From: Candidatus Latescibacterota bacterium
Lineage (GTDB): Bacteria; Latescibacterota; UBA2968
Assembly: GCA_965198115.1 (NCBI GenBank)
Contig: OZ240241.1
Location: 96,001-160,000, forward strand
DNA length: 64,000 nucleotides
Reading direction: 5' to 3'
Shown here one piece after another: positions 22,094 through 32,831 of this stretch. The notes beneath the pieces are model-generated. The model was not told where the DNA came from. It did not search any database and saw only the letters and a program-made list of their open reading frames with translations. Made by a program: the position numbers and the translations under genes. Numbering within the stretch: position 1 is the stretch's first letter; each line of letters begins with the position of its first letter.

Positions 22094-24130
22094 GGTGTTG
22101 TGCCTATCCTAGTTGAAACTTAGTACTCCTGTTCTCAAATACGGTGACGTATTCTAAGCAGACTTTGCCAAGGGCGTATCGTAGAACCTGAGTTTGTCGA
22201 TCATCTCCGCGAGATCTGTTCGTGTGAACTTCCATTTGAAGGGTGTGGCGATACGTCCGTAGCGTTCCTGAAAACCGAGGATTCTTGCCTCAAGCTCTTC
22301 GAGCGATGCAAATTCGATAGGTGTCAGAGCCTTGCGTTTGAGGATCGAGAAGTAGATCTCGATCTGATTGAGCCAGCTTGCGTGGATCGGAAGGTGAACG
22401 GGGTGGATGTTTGGCCACTTCCCCTGGATACGGTCGATGCATGTTTGCCCTCGGTGCGAGGAGCCATTATCCACGATGAGGTAGACTTTCTTTGCCGAGC
22501 AATAGGGTTTCCGGCTCATGATCAGGCTCAGGAGCCGGTTGAAGGGCTCGATACCCGAAGAAGACTCACAGAGACCGAAGATTCGACCATTGTGCACGTC
22601 GAGAGCAGCCAGATAGGCCAGGGCTCCTTTCCGCTCGTATTCGTGTTTCAACGCGTGCCGCTCTGTTCGAGGCTGGCGGTAGGGTAACGTGCTTGCGAGC
22701 TCGTGCTTGAATACTGGTCTTTTCGTCGGCAGAAAGTACATATTCCCTCGGCCCTAAAGGCTTTCCTTGCCATTGGCGGTGATACAGATCAAGGACTCTA
22801 CCTGCTTTGGTTTGGAAGTCCGGGTCCCGTGGGAAAATCCAGGAGCGATGATACCAAGGACGAATCGCGTCCTCGTTCAACCAGCGCCAGACAGTGGCGC
22901 CGCTGATCTTGGCAACGAAGCCCCTTTGCACTGCCTCGGCGGCAATCTCGGAACAGCTGAACCGCGAGAGCGGTATCCCGCTCTCGCTCGGTAGTTCACA
23001 CGCCAGCGCCTTGATCTGAACGACCACCTGAGGGGGGAAAACCGGGCGGGCGCCCGGGACGAGATCTATCTTCGAGTCCCGAAAGACGCTCTTCGAAAAA
23101 GCGCTTACGCCATTTGCTTACGATCGGACGCGGGACATCCAACCGTTGGGCGATAATCTTGTTGGATAATCCCTCGGCGGCGAGAAGCACGATTTTCGAT
23201 CGGATCACTTGATAATACGGTAACGTATATTGTCCAGCCATTCGCTCGAGGTCGACCCGTTCCTTCTCAGACAGTAGCACCACATAAGGCGAACGTCTTG
23301 GCATTGTTCTCCTCCTTTTGAAGGAGAACATAAGCTACAAATAATGTTCAGGACATACGTAATAATATTTATGAAACTATGCACTTAGAGGGCTCCAAAC
23401 TTACGTTGGGTAGACGTGTAGGAGCGTATACCCGTAAGAAAGGAGCCCAGATGGAGAAGCTATTTGTAGGCGATGGTGAAGTCAAGGTTGAGGGCGATGT
23501 CATCGATTTGGAGACGCGTTTGTCGGTGATCCAGGCGTTGATCCCGTTGGGTCTGGAGGCAGTGGCAGACCTCCTCCAGCAGGAGGTCGAGCAGCTCGCA
23601 GGCGTTCGGTATGCGCGCAAAGGTTCGGAGCAGGCGCATCGTCGGTGGGGAAGCCAGAAGGGATCCGTGTATCTGATGGACCAGAAGCTCCCGTTAGACG
23701 TTCCCCGGGTGCGCGACGTCAAGGCCGACGCAGAGGTTTCCTGGCTGCATACCGGGCTCTACAGACGCCCAAGAAGACGGACGAGGGGCTGTTGCTTCGT
23801 GTTCTCAAGGGGATCTCGTGCCGCAACTACAAGGCCTGTGCCGAATCGGTTCCAGAAGCGTTTGGTATCTCAGCGTCCTCCGTCTCGCGGCGGTTCATCA
23901 AAGCCACCGCGAAGAAGCTGAAGCAGTTCCAGGAGCGTCCCCTCGACGACTACGGCTTCGTGACCCTGTTCATTGACGGAAAGAGCTTTGCCGACGAAGA
24001 GATCGTGATCGCTCTGGGGGTCACGATTGGACGGCCAGAAGATCCCCCTGGGCTTCGTCGAATCGGCGACGGAGAACGAACGGATCTGCCGCCAGCTGAT
24101 CCAGGACCTCATCCGGAGAGGCCTGTGCTA
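22094..24130 (+). mobile_element. IS256-family 5' half (pseudo-transposase 23451-24130), interrupted near its left end by IS630
   Basis: Left IR GGTGTTGTGCCTATCCTAGTTGAAA resembles right IR GGTCAAGTCCCATAGTCAGTTGAAA (34853); VPRVRD and LFIDGKSF motifs; frameshifts. Confidence 0.8.
22119..23388 (-). mobile_element. IS630-family element, copy 2
   Basis: Near-identical to 1273-2544; CTTAG on both sides; ORFs 22996-23331, 22566-23027, 22154-22741. Confidence 0.93.
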
Positions 24131-24355
24131 GCCGGGACCACGTCTTGCGATGCGTTTTTTTGGAACGCCAGGCTTGCCCAACACATCGAGGTTAGAATTT
24201 TTGGAAAACGCGTAACACATCTTGTCTTGGGGGGTTATTGACCACACTCCGATTGCTGTTACCAGTCGTCTTATTTATTCGTAACTAATTGTCGTGCAGT
24301 GAAGTATGCGATTCATGCAGCTGGCATCAGGACTGGATAAGCAAGGTGGAGCAGA

Positions 24356-24855
24356 TGGCAAAGTTATTTTGTCTCCTGCTGAGGGAAGAAACTCGTGAGA
24401 GAGATAGCTGCTTTGGGTGATCGGAATATCAGTATATTTATTATGTGAAGGGTCGACAATACAAGGACGCCGACTAGAGACGGCGCCGTAGCAAAGGGGC
24501 TCCCCGAATTCAGTAACAACCTTCAGAGATAAGTGCTCCGGAGGACGGTGCAGTAGATCTTCGAGTAGTAAGGCAGAACGGCAAGCCTCGCACAGCAGAT
24601 CATTCGGACGACACTGTGAGAGTCAGGAATTTCAATGGTAACGAGGTCCTTGATCTGATCAAAGCTCCGTCATTTGGCACCATGGATGCCAGGAGGCATT
24701 TCTCAGACTTCGAATGGGCACATCACCGTTAACATTAACAAAAGAGTAATTATAAATGTCGAAAATTTACGTAGTGTTTCGTGAAAACGATTTAAGTTGG
24801 CAAAGTTATTTTGTTTCCTGCCTGAGGGAAAAACTCGTGAGAGGATAGCTGCTTT
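24356..24855 (+). repeat. Two copies of a ~58-bp structured non-coding motif (24356-24414, 24798-24855)
   Basis: TGGCAAAGTTATTTTGT(C/T)TCCTGC(C)TGAGGGAA(G)AAACTCGTGAGAG(A)GATAGCTGCTTT repeated 442 bp apart in an otherwise ORF-poor region. Confidence 0.85.
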
Positions 24856-24985
24856 TTAGACTTTTGTGATTCTTTCTACGTTGGAATCACCCATATTTTA
24901 GGGTCGGAAAGACCGGGACCACAACAAGGGTCACCGATAACTCGCTGTTTACCATTCATTTAGTAAACGTCGGGAAAAAATCGAA

Positions 24986-26275
24986 ATGCGCACCATCACC
25001 ATCGTTCTAGCCGGATGCCTGATTCTGAGTCTCTCTTCGACGGCGCAGGCTCAGACCCGGCCCGGCAACCCGATTCACGATTTCACGCTGCAGGATTTAA
25101 ACGGGAACAACCACCGCCCGAATCAATACAGCGGTCAGGTCCTTCTCCTCTTCCTCCTCGGCCACAACTGAGGCCTCTGTCGGGCGGCGGCGCCGCTCGT
25201 GCAGCGGGAGGTCGTAGATGTGCATCGGGGCAAGCCGGTACAGATGCTCGGCGTCGACCTGTGGAACGGTTCGCAGTCGCAGCTGTCCCTGTTCCGTTCA
25301 GTGACGGGGGTCGACTTCCCGTTGCTGCAGAGAGCGGGAACGGGCGGAATCCCCTGGGGTCTGGGCGTTGAGAACATCGTCGTGGTCAACCAGGAAGGAA
25401 CCATCCACGACATCTTTGACATCTCGGATCGTCGCCGGCTCAACGAGGCGGTCGACTTCCTGCTGACACCCGTGCCTGCGCCGGTATCCCGGCTTAACCG
25501 ATCCTCGCTCGACTTCGGCTCAACCGGACTCGTCGGAACCGACATCAGCCTCGTCCTCACGGTCGAAAACACCGGTGACGCACTCCTCGAAGTCTCGAGC
25601 ATCACGTCGGACCACTCCGACATACGGTTCGATCAGAGCACGTTTACGGTCAACCCCGGGGACCGCGAAGACGTCACCGTCACCCTCTCCCCGACGGATG
25701 CAGGCTCGATCTCCGGTCGCGTCACGGTCACCACGAACGACCGCACCTGGACGCTACTCGTCGACCGGATCACCATCGAACGGCCGCTGCCGATGATCGC
25801 CCTACCGGCATCTATGCTCGACTTCGGTACGATCGAGGTTGGACGCGCCGACTCCCTGGGGCTGGAGATTCGGAACGATGGACCGGGTCCGCTGAACGTG
25901 ACGGACGTGCGGACGGACATTCCGGGCATCACATTCTCCGCCCGGGCCTTCACCGTAGCTGCAGGTGAGGTTTCCACGATCACCATCCTCGTGGACGCCC
26001 AAACCGAAGGCCTGATCAGTGGCATCGTCGAGATCATCAGCAACGACCCCGATATGATGAGCTCGACCGTCACGATCTCCGCGACGGCAGAGATCGACGT
26101 CGCAGATGCACGCGCAGACTTCGATGGCAGCGGCACGATCGATTTTACCGACTTCCTGGGCTTCGCGGTCGCCTTCGGCACATCCGATTCGGCCTACGAC
26201 ATCAACGAGAATGGGCAGGTCGATTTCGCAGACTTCCTGATCTTTGCACAGAATTTCGGGAGAATCGTAAACTAG
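24986..26275 (+). CDS. Secreted selenocysteine-containing redoxin (AhpC/TSA/TlpA-like, UxxC) fused to two Ig-like choice-of-anchor D/ASPM-SPD-2-Hydin domains and a dockerin/EF-hand tail
   Basis: ORFs 24986-25171 and 25199-26275 are in frame across TGA 25169-25171, reading GHN-U-GLC-RAAAP; DFTLQDLNG redoxin start; hairpin directly after UGA; C-terminal DFDGSGTIDFTDF..DINENGQVDFADF. Confidence 0.82.
25172..25213 (+). promoter_or_regulatory. Putative bacterial SECIS element
   Basis: GGCCTC..CGGGCGGC-GGC-GCCGCTCG..GAGGTC two-stem hairpin; G-containing apical loop ~17 nt after UGA. Confidence 0.65.
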
Positions 26276-26349
26276 CCTGAATCATGCATGAATTTGAGTT
26301 TAGGTTGTTTTGGAGTGATGTGACCGTCTCGGGAAACCGAAAGGAAGCC

Positions 26350-28173
26350 ATGAGAACCTTTGCCCTGTTTTGCCTGTTCATCCTGGGACATCCCAACGCC
26401 ACACATAGCCAGTTCCAGGTTGACAAGGAGGAAGTCAACCCCTGGTCGCATCTCGACTTCAAGCACGACCCGGACGACTTCCAATTCGTGATCATCACGG
26501 ATCACACCGGAGGGCATCGTCCCGGGATCTGGGCGAAGGCGATGAAACGGATCAACCTGCTTCAGCCGGAGTTCGTCGTTTCGGTCGGTGATATTATCGA
26601 AGGCTACACGGAGAATGTGGCGACGCTGGACGCGGAGTGGGCCGAAATGGAAGGGATGATCAATACACTGAACATGCCGTTCTTCTACGTCCCCGGGAAC
26701 CACGACATCTCGAACTCCACGATGCTCGAGGTCTGGAAGAAGCGATTCGGCAGGCACTACTTCCACTTCGTCTACAAGGATGTCCTCTTCCTCCTGATGG
26801 ACAGCGAAGACCCACCTGGAACGAATGTAAGTGAGGCACAGATTGCGTATATGGTGAGGGCCCTCGCCGACAATCCAGACGTGCGGTGGACGCTGCTTTT
26901 CATCCACAAGCCGATGTGGGTCTATTCCAACAAGAAGGAAACCTGGGATCGGATGGATGCGCTGCTCAAGGACCGACCGCACACGGCCTTTGCCGGACAC
27001 CGACATCGCTACATACAAAACACGCGTCTCACACGTGAATACTACACGCTCGCAACGACCGGCGGTGGGAGCAATCTCTCGGGCCTGGAAGCCGGAAAAT
27101 TCGACCACGTCGCGTGGGTAACGATCACCGACAAGGGTCCGCTCATCGCAAACCTGATGCTGGACGGCATTCAGCCGGGCGACCTGCGCACCGAATACAC
27201 CGCTTCACTGACCACTCCCCTGATCGCCAGACGCGCGATGCTGACCGGCCCTCTACTCTCGACCCGATCTACCTACAACGGTGACAGGACGACGATCCGC
27301 GTGCACAACCCAGGCGATCGGCCGCTCCACGCAGAGGCCGCTTTCGAAGTGCACGAAGACTTGCGGCCAACGCCGCGCTCGTTCAAAATGATGGTCGCTC
27401 CGGGCGAAACTGAGGTGATTCCCATTCAGGTTGGGATCGAACGAAAATCGAAGATCACCGACCTGGATCCGCTCTTCCTGGGATGGACGCTCCGGTATGA
27501 CCTGCCGGATCACGAGCCTCTACGAGTGGAGGGGAAAAGCCGTCTGCTACCGGAACGGATGATCAGGATCGATCAACGCAAGAAGCCGCCTACCGTCGAT
27601 GGTCTGCTCGAAGACTGGAAGAAGCTGCCACTGGGAGACGATCAGCCTGTTCAGATAAGCCAGTGGAGACGGACCTGGGATGGACCCGAGGACGGTAGTT
27701 TCCGGTTCACGGCCCTGGCGGACGAGAAGTATCTCTACGTCGCTGTTCGTACCCGCGACGACGAGGTCGTCAAGGGCGAGGACAAGCCAGGACGCCGTAA
27801 AGACGGCATTGTCATACACGTCGACGGTCAGTCAGAACCCGATCGGTCTGTAAGCCACGGGGCGCCCGAGGAGGGGCTGATTGTGTCGCTGCGGCCGGAT
27901 GAGGCATTCACAGGAGCCGAGAACAGAGGCTACGAATTCCCTGAAGGATTCACTGCCGTGTGCGTTTCGGGAGACGGCGGGATCACCGCAGAGATCGCCA
28001 TACCCGCGGAATACCTAAACGCGAAACAAGGTCGGCGCTGGGACACGGTTCGCTTGAACGTGTCCTTCTACGACTACGACAGTGGACACGGTCGCGGGTC
28101 GCATCTGTGGTGGCGGCCAGAATGGCGATCAGCACAATCCTACGCAGGATCTGGGACCTTCGTTCGGAAATAG
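26350..28173 (+). CDS. Secreted calcineurin-like metallophosphoesterase with C-terminal CBM9-like domain
   Basis: Signal peptide; ITDHTG, VGDIIEGY, PGNHD, FAGHRH motifs; PPTVDGLLEDW..DEKYLYVAV..DD. Confidence 0.85.
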   Translation: MRTFALFCLFILGHPNATHSQFQVDKEEVNPWSHLDFKHDPDDFQFVIITDHTGGHRPGIWAKAMKRINLLQPEFVVSVGDIIEGYTENVATLDAEWAEMEGMINTLNMPFFYVPGNHDISNSTMLEVWKKRFGRHYFHFVYKDVLFLLMDSEDPPGTNVSEAQIAYMVRALADNPDVRWTLLFIHKPMWVYSNKKETWDRMDALLKDRPHTAFAGHRHRYIQNTRLTREYYTLATTGGGSNLSGLEAGKFDHVAWVTITDKGPLIANLMLDGIQPGDLRTEYTASLTTPLIARRAMLTGPLLSTRSTYNGDRTTIRVHNPGDRPLHAEAAFEVHEDLRPTPRSFKMMVAPGETEVIPIQVGIERKSKITDLDPLFLGWTLRYDLPDHEPLRVEGKSRLLPERMIRIDQRKKPPTVDGLLEDWKKLPLGDDQPVQISQWRRTWDGPEDGSFRFTALADEKYLYVAVRTRDDEVVKGEDKPGRRKDGIVIHVDGQSEPDRSVSHGAPEEGLIVSLRPDEAFTGAENRGYEFPEGFTAVCVSGDGGITAEIAIPAEYLNAKQGRRWDTVRLNVSFYDYDSGHGRGSHLWWRPEWRSAQSYAGSGTFVRK

Positions 28174-28313
28174 GACGGGAGTCGACGCACCTGCCGGCAT
28201 CAGCAACGAAGAACGGGCTACGTCAGTTCCTGATGACTCGTCCGTTCTCTGTGGTGTAGGTGCTCCACGTACGTTAGCCGTATCGTTGGACGCCCTCGCC
28301 AGTCGCGAACCAG

Positions 28314-29170
28314 GGTCAAGTCCTGAGAGTCCTGCAAAAAGCCACGCCGTGAACGTGGTCTCCTGAGCGTTAGGCGACCGCCTCCCAGTTCGATGGGAGA
28401 GCGAGTTCGCGTTCTTCGTAGAGCATTGTGAGCTGAAGATATTCGGTGGAGGTGATGCTGATGGCCTGCCACCTTGCCGCAGCTCGGATGAGGACAGCGT
28501 AGACGAGTTTGAGGCAGCTCTTCTCAGAGAAGAATCGGGGCAGCGTTTTGGTCCTGCGGCGCTCCTCGACGAAGCTGTGTTCGATCAGGTTGGTCCTGAG
28601 CCGCCAGGGGAGCTGGAGGTGTGCCAGCAGCGCGTCCAGGTCCTCGGTGAGGCACTTACACAGGCCCGGGAACTCTTTGCTGAACTTGGCCAGAAACTCG
28701 CGCACGGCCTTCTGTCCGGCCTCCAGATCCGGGGCGTCGCGGATCATCAACAGATACGGTTTGATCTCGTGCCAGCGGGACTGGGGAACCTTGCTGGCGA
28801 AGTTCCGCATCCGGTGCACCCAGCAGCGACCGCGCAGGCTCTTGGACCACATCTGATCGACGGCCTGAATGAGTCCGCCGGCACCGTCGGTGGTGATGAA
28901 CAGAGGTGTGGGCAAGCCGCGACGATCGAGGTCGCGAAGGAACTCGAGCCAGGCCTCGCCGCTCTCTTTGTTGCCCAAGGCCAGAGAGATCATACCTTCC
29001 GGCCGTCCAGGGTGATGCCAGGCGCACAGGATGGCTTCGCGGGTGATGCCGTGGGTGCGCAACGGTTCGTAGAGCCCGTCCAGAAACAGGCACAGGAGCG
29101 GAAGGTCACTGAGGTCACGGTTCTGGAAAGCCTCGTATTGTTCCCCAGAGAACCTCGGTCACCTCGCTTG
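28314..29170 (-). mobile_element. IS256-family remnant (3' part, frameshifted)
   Basis: FITTDGAGGL, RCWVHRMRN, RTNLIE motifs; end GGTCAAGTCC. Confidence 0.85.
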
Positions 29171-29267
29171 TGCTCACAACGACGACATATAGCCTTACGC
29201 AATGAATCTTTCCACGTCATAAATCCTCCTTACCGCGTCTGAACGCCCATCTGAGAGAGGGTAGTTC

Positions 29268-29576
29268 CTAACCAGGGGCGGCAGTAAGGACCCTGTAGAG
29301 CAGGCCAAAGATAGGAACGGCCAGCAGAACGATGAGCGGCCAAATCACCCGCCAGACCACCTTCTCCAGCGTGTCGATCCGCGAGTTGACTTCGGAAAAC
29401 CCTGCCTTCATCTCGGTCTTCATTTCGGTGATCTGGGCTCCGAGGACAGCAATGACGTTCTGGCTGGCTATTTGGCGGACTTCCTCGATGGCGGCATGGA
29501 CCACCTGGGGGTCCGGTTCGGGGCTGCTCAGAGCTTGAAAGAGCGCATCGGTAACGGGTTCAGCCGGGGTTGCCAT
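29268..29576 (-). CDS. Small coiled-coil protein with C-terminal TM helix (CCDC90/DUF1640-like)
   Basis: AAGGAG RBS; ITEMKTEMKAGFSEVNSRIDTLEK followed by hydrophobic IWPLIVLLAVPIFGLL. Confidence 0.65.
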   Translation of the reverse strand: MATPAEPVTDALFQALSSPEPDPQVVHAAIEEVRQIASQNVIAVLGAQITEMKTEMKAGFSEVNSRIDTLEKVVWRVIWPLIVLLAVPIFGLLYRVLTAAPG

Positions 29577-29672
29577 CAAAAATCTCCTTGTTCAGGCAAT
29601 CGACCCGGATTACCTAGCCAACGCCCCGCAGAGAAACCAATCATGAACTGAAACTTTGGTGACGCTCCCTGA

Positions 29673-30080
29673 TCAGCACGTTTGGTCCTGTAACAGCGCG
29701 ACACCCTCAAGCCGTGCTGCCTTCTGATCGAACGTATACAGGGGGTGGGCTCCGGATCGTTCAGTTGCGGCCAGTATCATCAGGTCGGAAAATCCTGCGC
29801 TGCCTGTGCGGTAGCGGAAGGCCGCACGGGCCACATCGTCGGCTGCCTCAATCACGAGACCCTCGGTCGCCACCAGTTCTTCCAATACCGTCGCAATCTG
29901 GTCACGGGAGTAGCCGTAGGCGCGGTTCAGTACCCAGGCAAGCTCAACTGTAACCTCGCGGCAGACGTAGCCGGGAAGGTCAGCTGTGAGCGACTCCAGT
30001 AATGACCGGGCGGCCTCCGCCTGTTCGGTGTTGTCGCGTACCAGATAGCGGGCGAGGACGTTGGTATCGAGTGCGATCAT
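29673..30080 (-). CDS. vapC: VapC PIN-domain toxin
   Basis: MIALDTNVLARYL, E..WVL, GFSD..I, YTFD motifs. Confidence 0.92.
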   Translation of the reverse strand: MIALDTNVLARYLVRDNTEQAEAARSLLESLTADLPGYVCREVTVELAWVLNRAYGYSRDQIATVLEELVATEGLVIEAADDVARAAFRYRTGSAGFSDLMILAATERSGAHPLYTFDQKAARLEGVALLQDQTC

Positions 30081-30310
30081 CCCTTACACGCCCCGTCGGC
30101 TATGGCCTGCTCCATTTCCTCCAATGTGACAGCGGGACCTTTATGCTGTAGCATGCCGAACAGTCGACTGATCGGGCGAACGGCCAGAATTCGCACCTCT
30201 CCGTTGGAAATAACGTAGCGCACCCGGTCCCCAGCCTGTACACCAAGCGTCTCACGCACAGGTTTGGGTAGTGTCGTCTGTCCCTTCTTGGTAATAGAGG
30301 ACTCGATCAT
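30077..30310 (-). CDS. vapB: AbrB/MazE-type antitoxin
   Basis: SSITKKGQTTLPKPVRETLGVQAGD; 4-bp overlap with vapC. Confidence 0.9.
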   Translation of the reverse strand: MIESSITKKGQTTLPKPVRETLGVQAGDRVRYVISNGEVRILAVRPISRLFGMLQHKGPAVTLEEMEQAIADGACKG

Positions 30311-30742
30311 GGTGACCCTCCAGTCTCCTTCCAACATGCAATAAGTGCTTACTTAAATCAATAAGGTAAGGCACTGTCGTAGTTAGCCACCCTGGGCTCT
30401 GAGTTTCCACTTGCCCCTGTGAGAGGCTCTTCGGAACCCTCGCTTTACAGCGCGCGGGCTATAATGCATGTCGGTTGTGTGAATTCTATAAGAAGTCATA
30501 TAGACATCAGATAGCAATCTCGCTCTTAATTGCTGAGGGTAGGGTAGACCGGGGGACCCTCTCTGCTGCGGTGCGCTCGCCTCAGACGAAAAAGGGAGGG
30601 GTGCCAACTCAACCCAAGGTTGTAACTCTAGCTGCTGGGTATTCACGTGGACTCTTGGATGGGTGAATTCTCACCTTGATTTCTGTAAGATGTCTATGCA
30701 ATGTCTTAAAGACATCAGTAACTTTCAACACGGACGACTCTA

Positions 30743-32470
30743 ATGATAATCACCGTTGGCGGCATCAAGGGCGGCTCAGGCAAATCCACTGTCGCCACTA
30801 ATCTGGTGGTACTGCGCTCTCTCGAAGGCAGAGATGTGCTGCTGATTGACGCTGACACCCAAACCACCTCATCCGATTTCAGCCTACAGCGCAACAACAA
30901 GACCAATGGCAACGCTGGCTTCACTTGCATCAATCTCGCGGGTCAGGCCGTGCGTACCGAAACCTTGCGCTTAGCGGACAAGTATCAAGACATCATTATC
31001 GACACCGGTGGGCGGGACGGTGAGGTCCCTATCCTAGGAGCCTGTCGGAGTACCCAGCCGGAGGAAGATTTCGTATTGTAGAAGTGCGATCAAGGTTCCG
31101 ACTCTGAATTGGAGGTTTCCGTTGAGCACTTCTACTCGGTTTCGTGTCTACAATCCGGCTCAGTTGATGTTGCTGCCTCCGGATCTCCGGAGTTGGCTTC
31201 CCAAGGGTCATCCGACCTACTTCATTCTGGATATCGTCGGACAACTTGATTTGTCCGCGATCTACGAGACCTACGATGGGTCTCAAGGTGGCCAGCCACC
31301 GTTTGTTCATCGACGGAAAGAGCTTTGCCGACGAAGAGATCGTGATCGCTCCGGGCGTCACGACGGACGGCCAGAAGATCCCCCTGGGCTTCGTCGAATC
31401 GGCGACGGAGAACGAACGGATCTGCCGTCAGCTGATCCAGGATCTCATCCGGAGAGGCCTGTGCTACGACCAGGGCCTTCTCGTTGTGCTGGACGGCTCA
31501 AAGGGACTCCGCAGTGCCGTCACCAAAGCCCTCAAAGGGGATGTGTGCGTGCATCGCTGTCAGTGGCACAAGCGCGAGAACGTCGTCAGCTACCTCCCGG
31601 AGGCAGAACGTCCAAGAGTTCGACGGAAACTTCAGAAAGCCTATGACTGCGACACCTACGAGGAGGCAAAGGCCGCACTCGAATCACTCAAACCCGAACT
31701 CAAGCTGATGAATCAGTCTGCCGTGGCAAGCCTCGAGGAAGGACTGGAGGAAACCCTGACCCTCCACCGGCTGGGGATGCTCCCGTTCTTGAAGCGAAGC
31801 TTCCGAACCACCAATTGCATCGAGGCGCTCAACAGCATGACCGGCAACCTGATACGGAAGGTCAACCGCTGGAACAACTCTCCTCAGCGACACAGATGGG
31901 TCGCGGCCGCACTCCTCGACATCGAACCACGCCTGCGACGCGTGAGCGGATACAAACACCTCCCGCTGCTCAGGCAAGCACTGAAAAACAACCTGAATCT
32001 CGGCGACAATCAAGATGCTCGGCAGAGAGCATGAATACCACGGAGCCCGATGAGTTTCAACGGACTATGGGACTTGACCGGCGGGACACCACCAGCCAGA
32101 GAGCGGCGCTGACCGTAAGCGATGTTTTGCTGGTACCCTTTCAACCATCATCGTTTGACCTGTGGTCGCTTGAGCAAACAGAGTTGCTCTACACCGAGAT
32201 GCAACCTGCAAACGCCAAGCTCAAGGGCTATACGTTCTTGAATAAAGCCGAACCTCGCGGCCCAGACAACGAAGAGGCTGCTGAGATGCTGCGCGAGGTC
32301 CAAACCTTGCAATTTCTCGACAACATCGCCTTGGTCTATCGCAAGGCGTATAGAACAGCAGCCGGCCGCGGCCTCGCTGTCACCGAGGTAAAGCCTCGAG
32401 ATGACAAGGCAATCAAAGAGTTTCTGACTCTATACAGACATCTGTTTAATGTCTGTAAGATATCTATTGG
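30743..32470 (+). pseudogene. parA: Plasmid-type ParA partition ATPase interrupted by IS256
   Basis: KGGSGKST, IDADTQ, IIDTGGRD|TTSQRAAL; 8-bp TSD GGCGGGAC at 31011-31018 and 32080-32087. Confidence 0.9.
31019..32079 (+). mobile_element. IS256-family element with internal IS1182 5' fragment (31038-~31303) and deletion
   Basis: Left end GGTGAGGTCCCTATCCTAG, right end ..TATGGGACTTGACC; IS1182 N-terminus FRVYNPAQLMLLPPDLRSWLP; IS256 HRCQWHKRENV, RTTNCIE. Confidence 0.88.
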
Positions 32471-32811
32471 TCCAGGAGTCCAGTACCAGGGAGCTGGGCA
32501 CATGCCCGCCCCGGTGAGCCTGTCGCTCTTCCGTGTGCCGATAACGAGGCCCGCACACCTGCGTCCGCTCCGACTCAAGCACCTCAATGACGTGCGCCAA
32601 CCCGGACACCAGAACCGTGTCGTACAGACTCTCTCGAACGAACTCCCCAAGCGCCTGACTCAGTCCCGACTTGACGTTTCCCTGTTGCCGACTTGCTTTC
32701 TTACTGACATTCTTCCCCATGGTGGTGGCTCCTCTTTGATGTGAACTACTTCCCACCCGAATTCGGGCGGAGGAGCCGCCACCCAATTTCAACAATCTAC
32801 GAGACTTCGCC
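32470..32811 (-). mobile_element. IS256-like 5' fragment
   Basis: End GGCGAAGTCTCGTAGATTGTTGAAA; MGKNV..LESERTQVCGPRYRH..GGHVPSSLVL, truncated. Confidence 0.65.
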
Positions 32812-32831
32812 ACCGCGATAGAGGGACGAGG

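Noticed and set aside
24517-24732. ~70-codon open frame between the two repeats
   Set aside because: No start codon or RBS near its 5' end and no recognisable motif.
24356-24855. Duplicated motif as a hammerhead ribozyme, c-di-GMP-I riboswitch or sigma54 promoter
   Set aside because: CTGAGGG is not CUGANGA and stem II and the UH site are missing; no GEMM P2 layout; TGGCA..TTG spacing is off by 2 bp.
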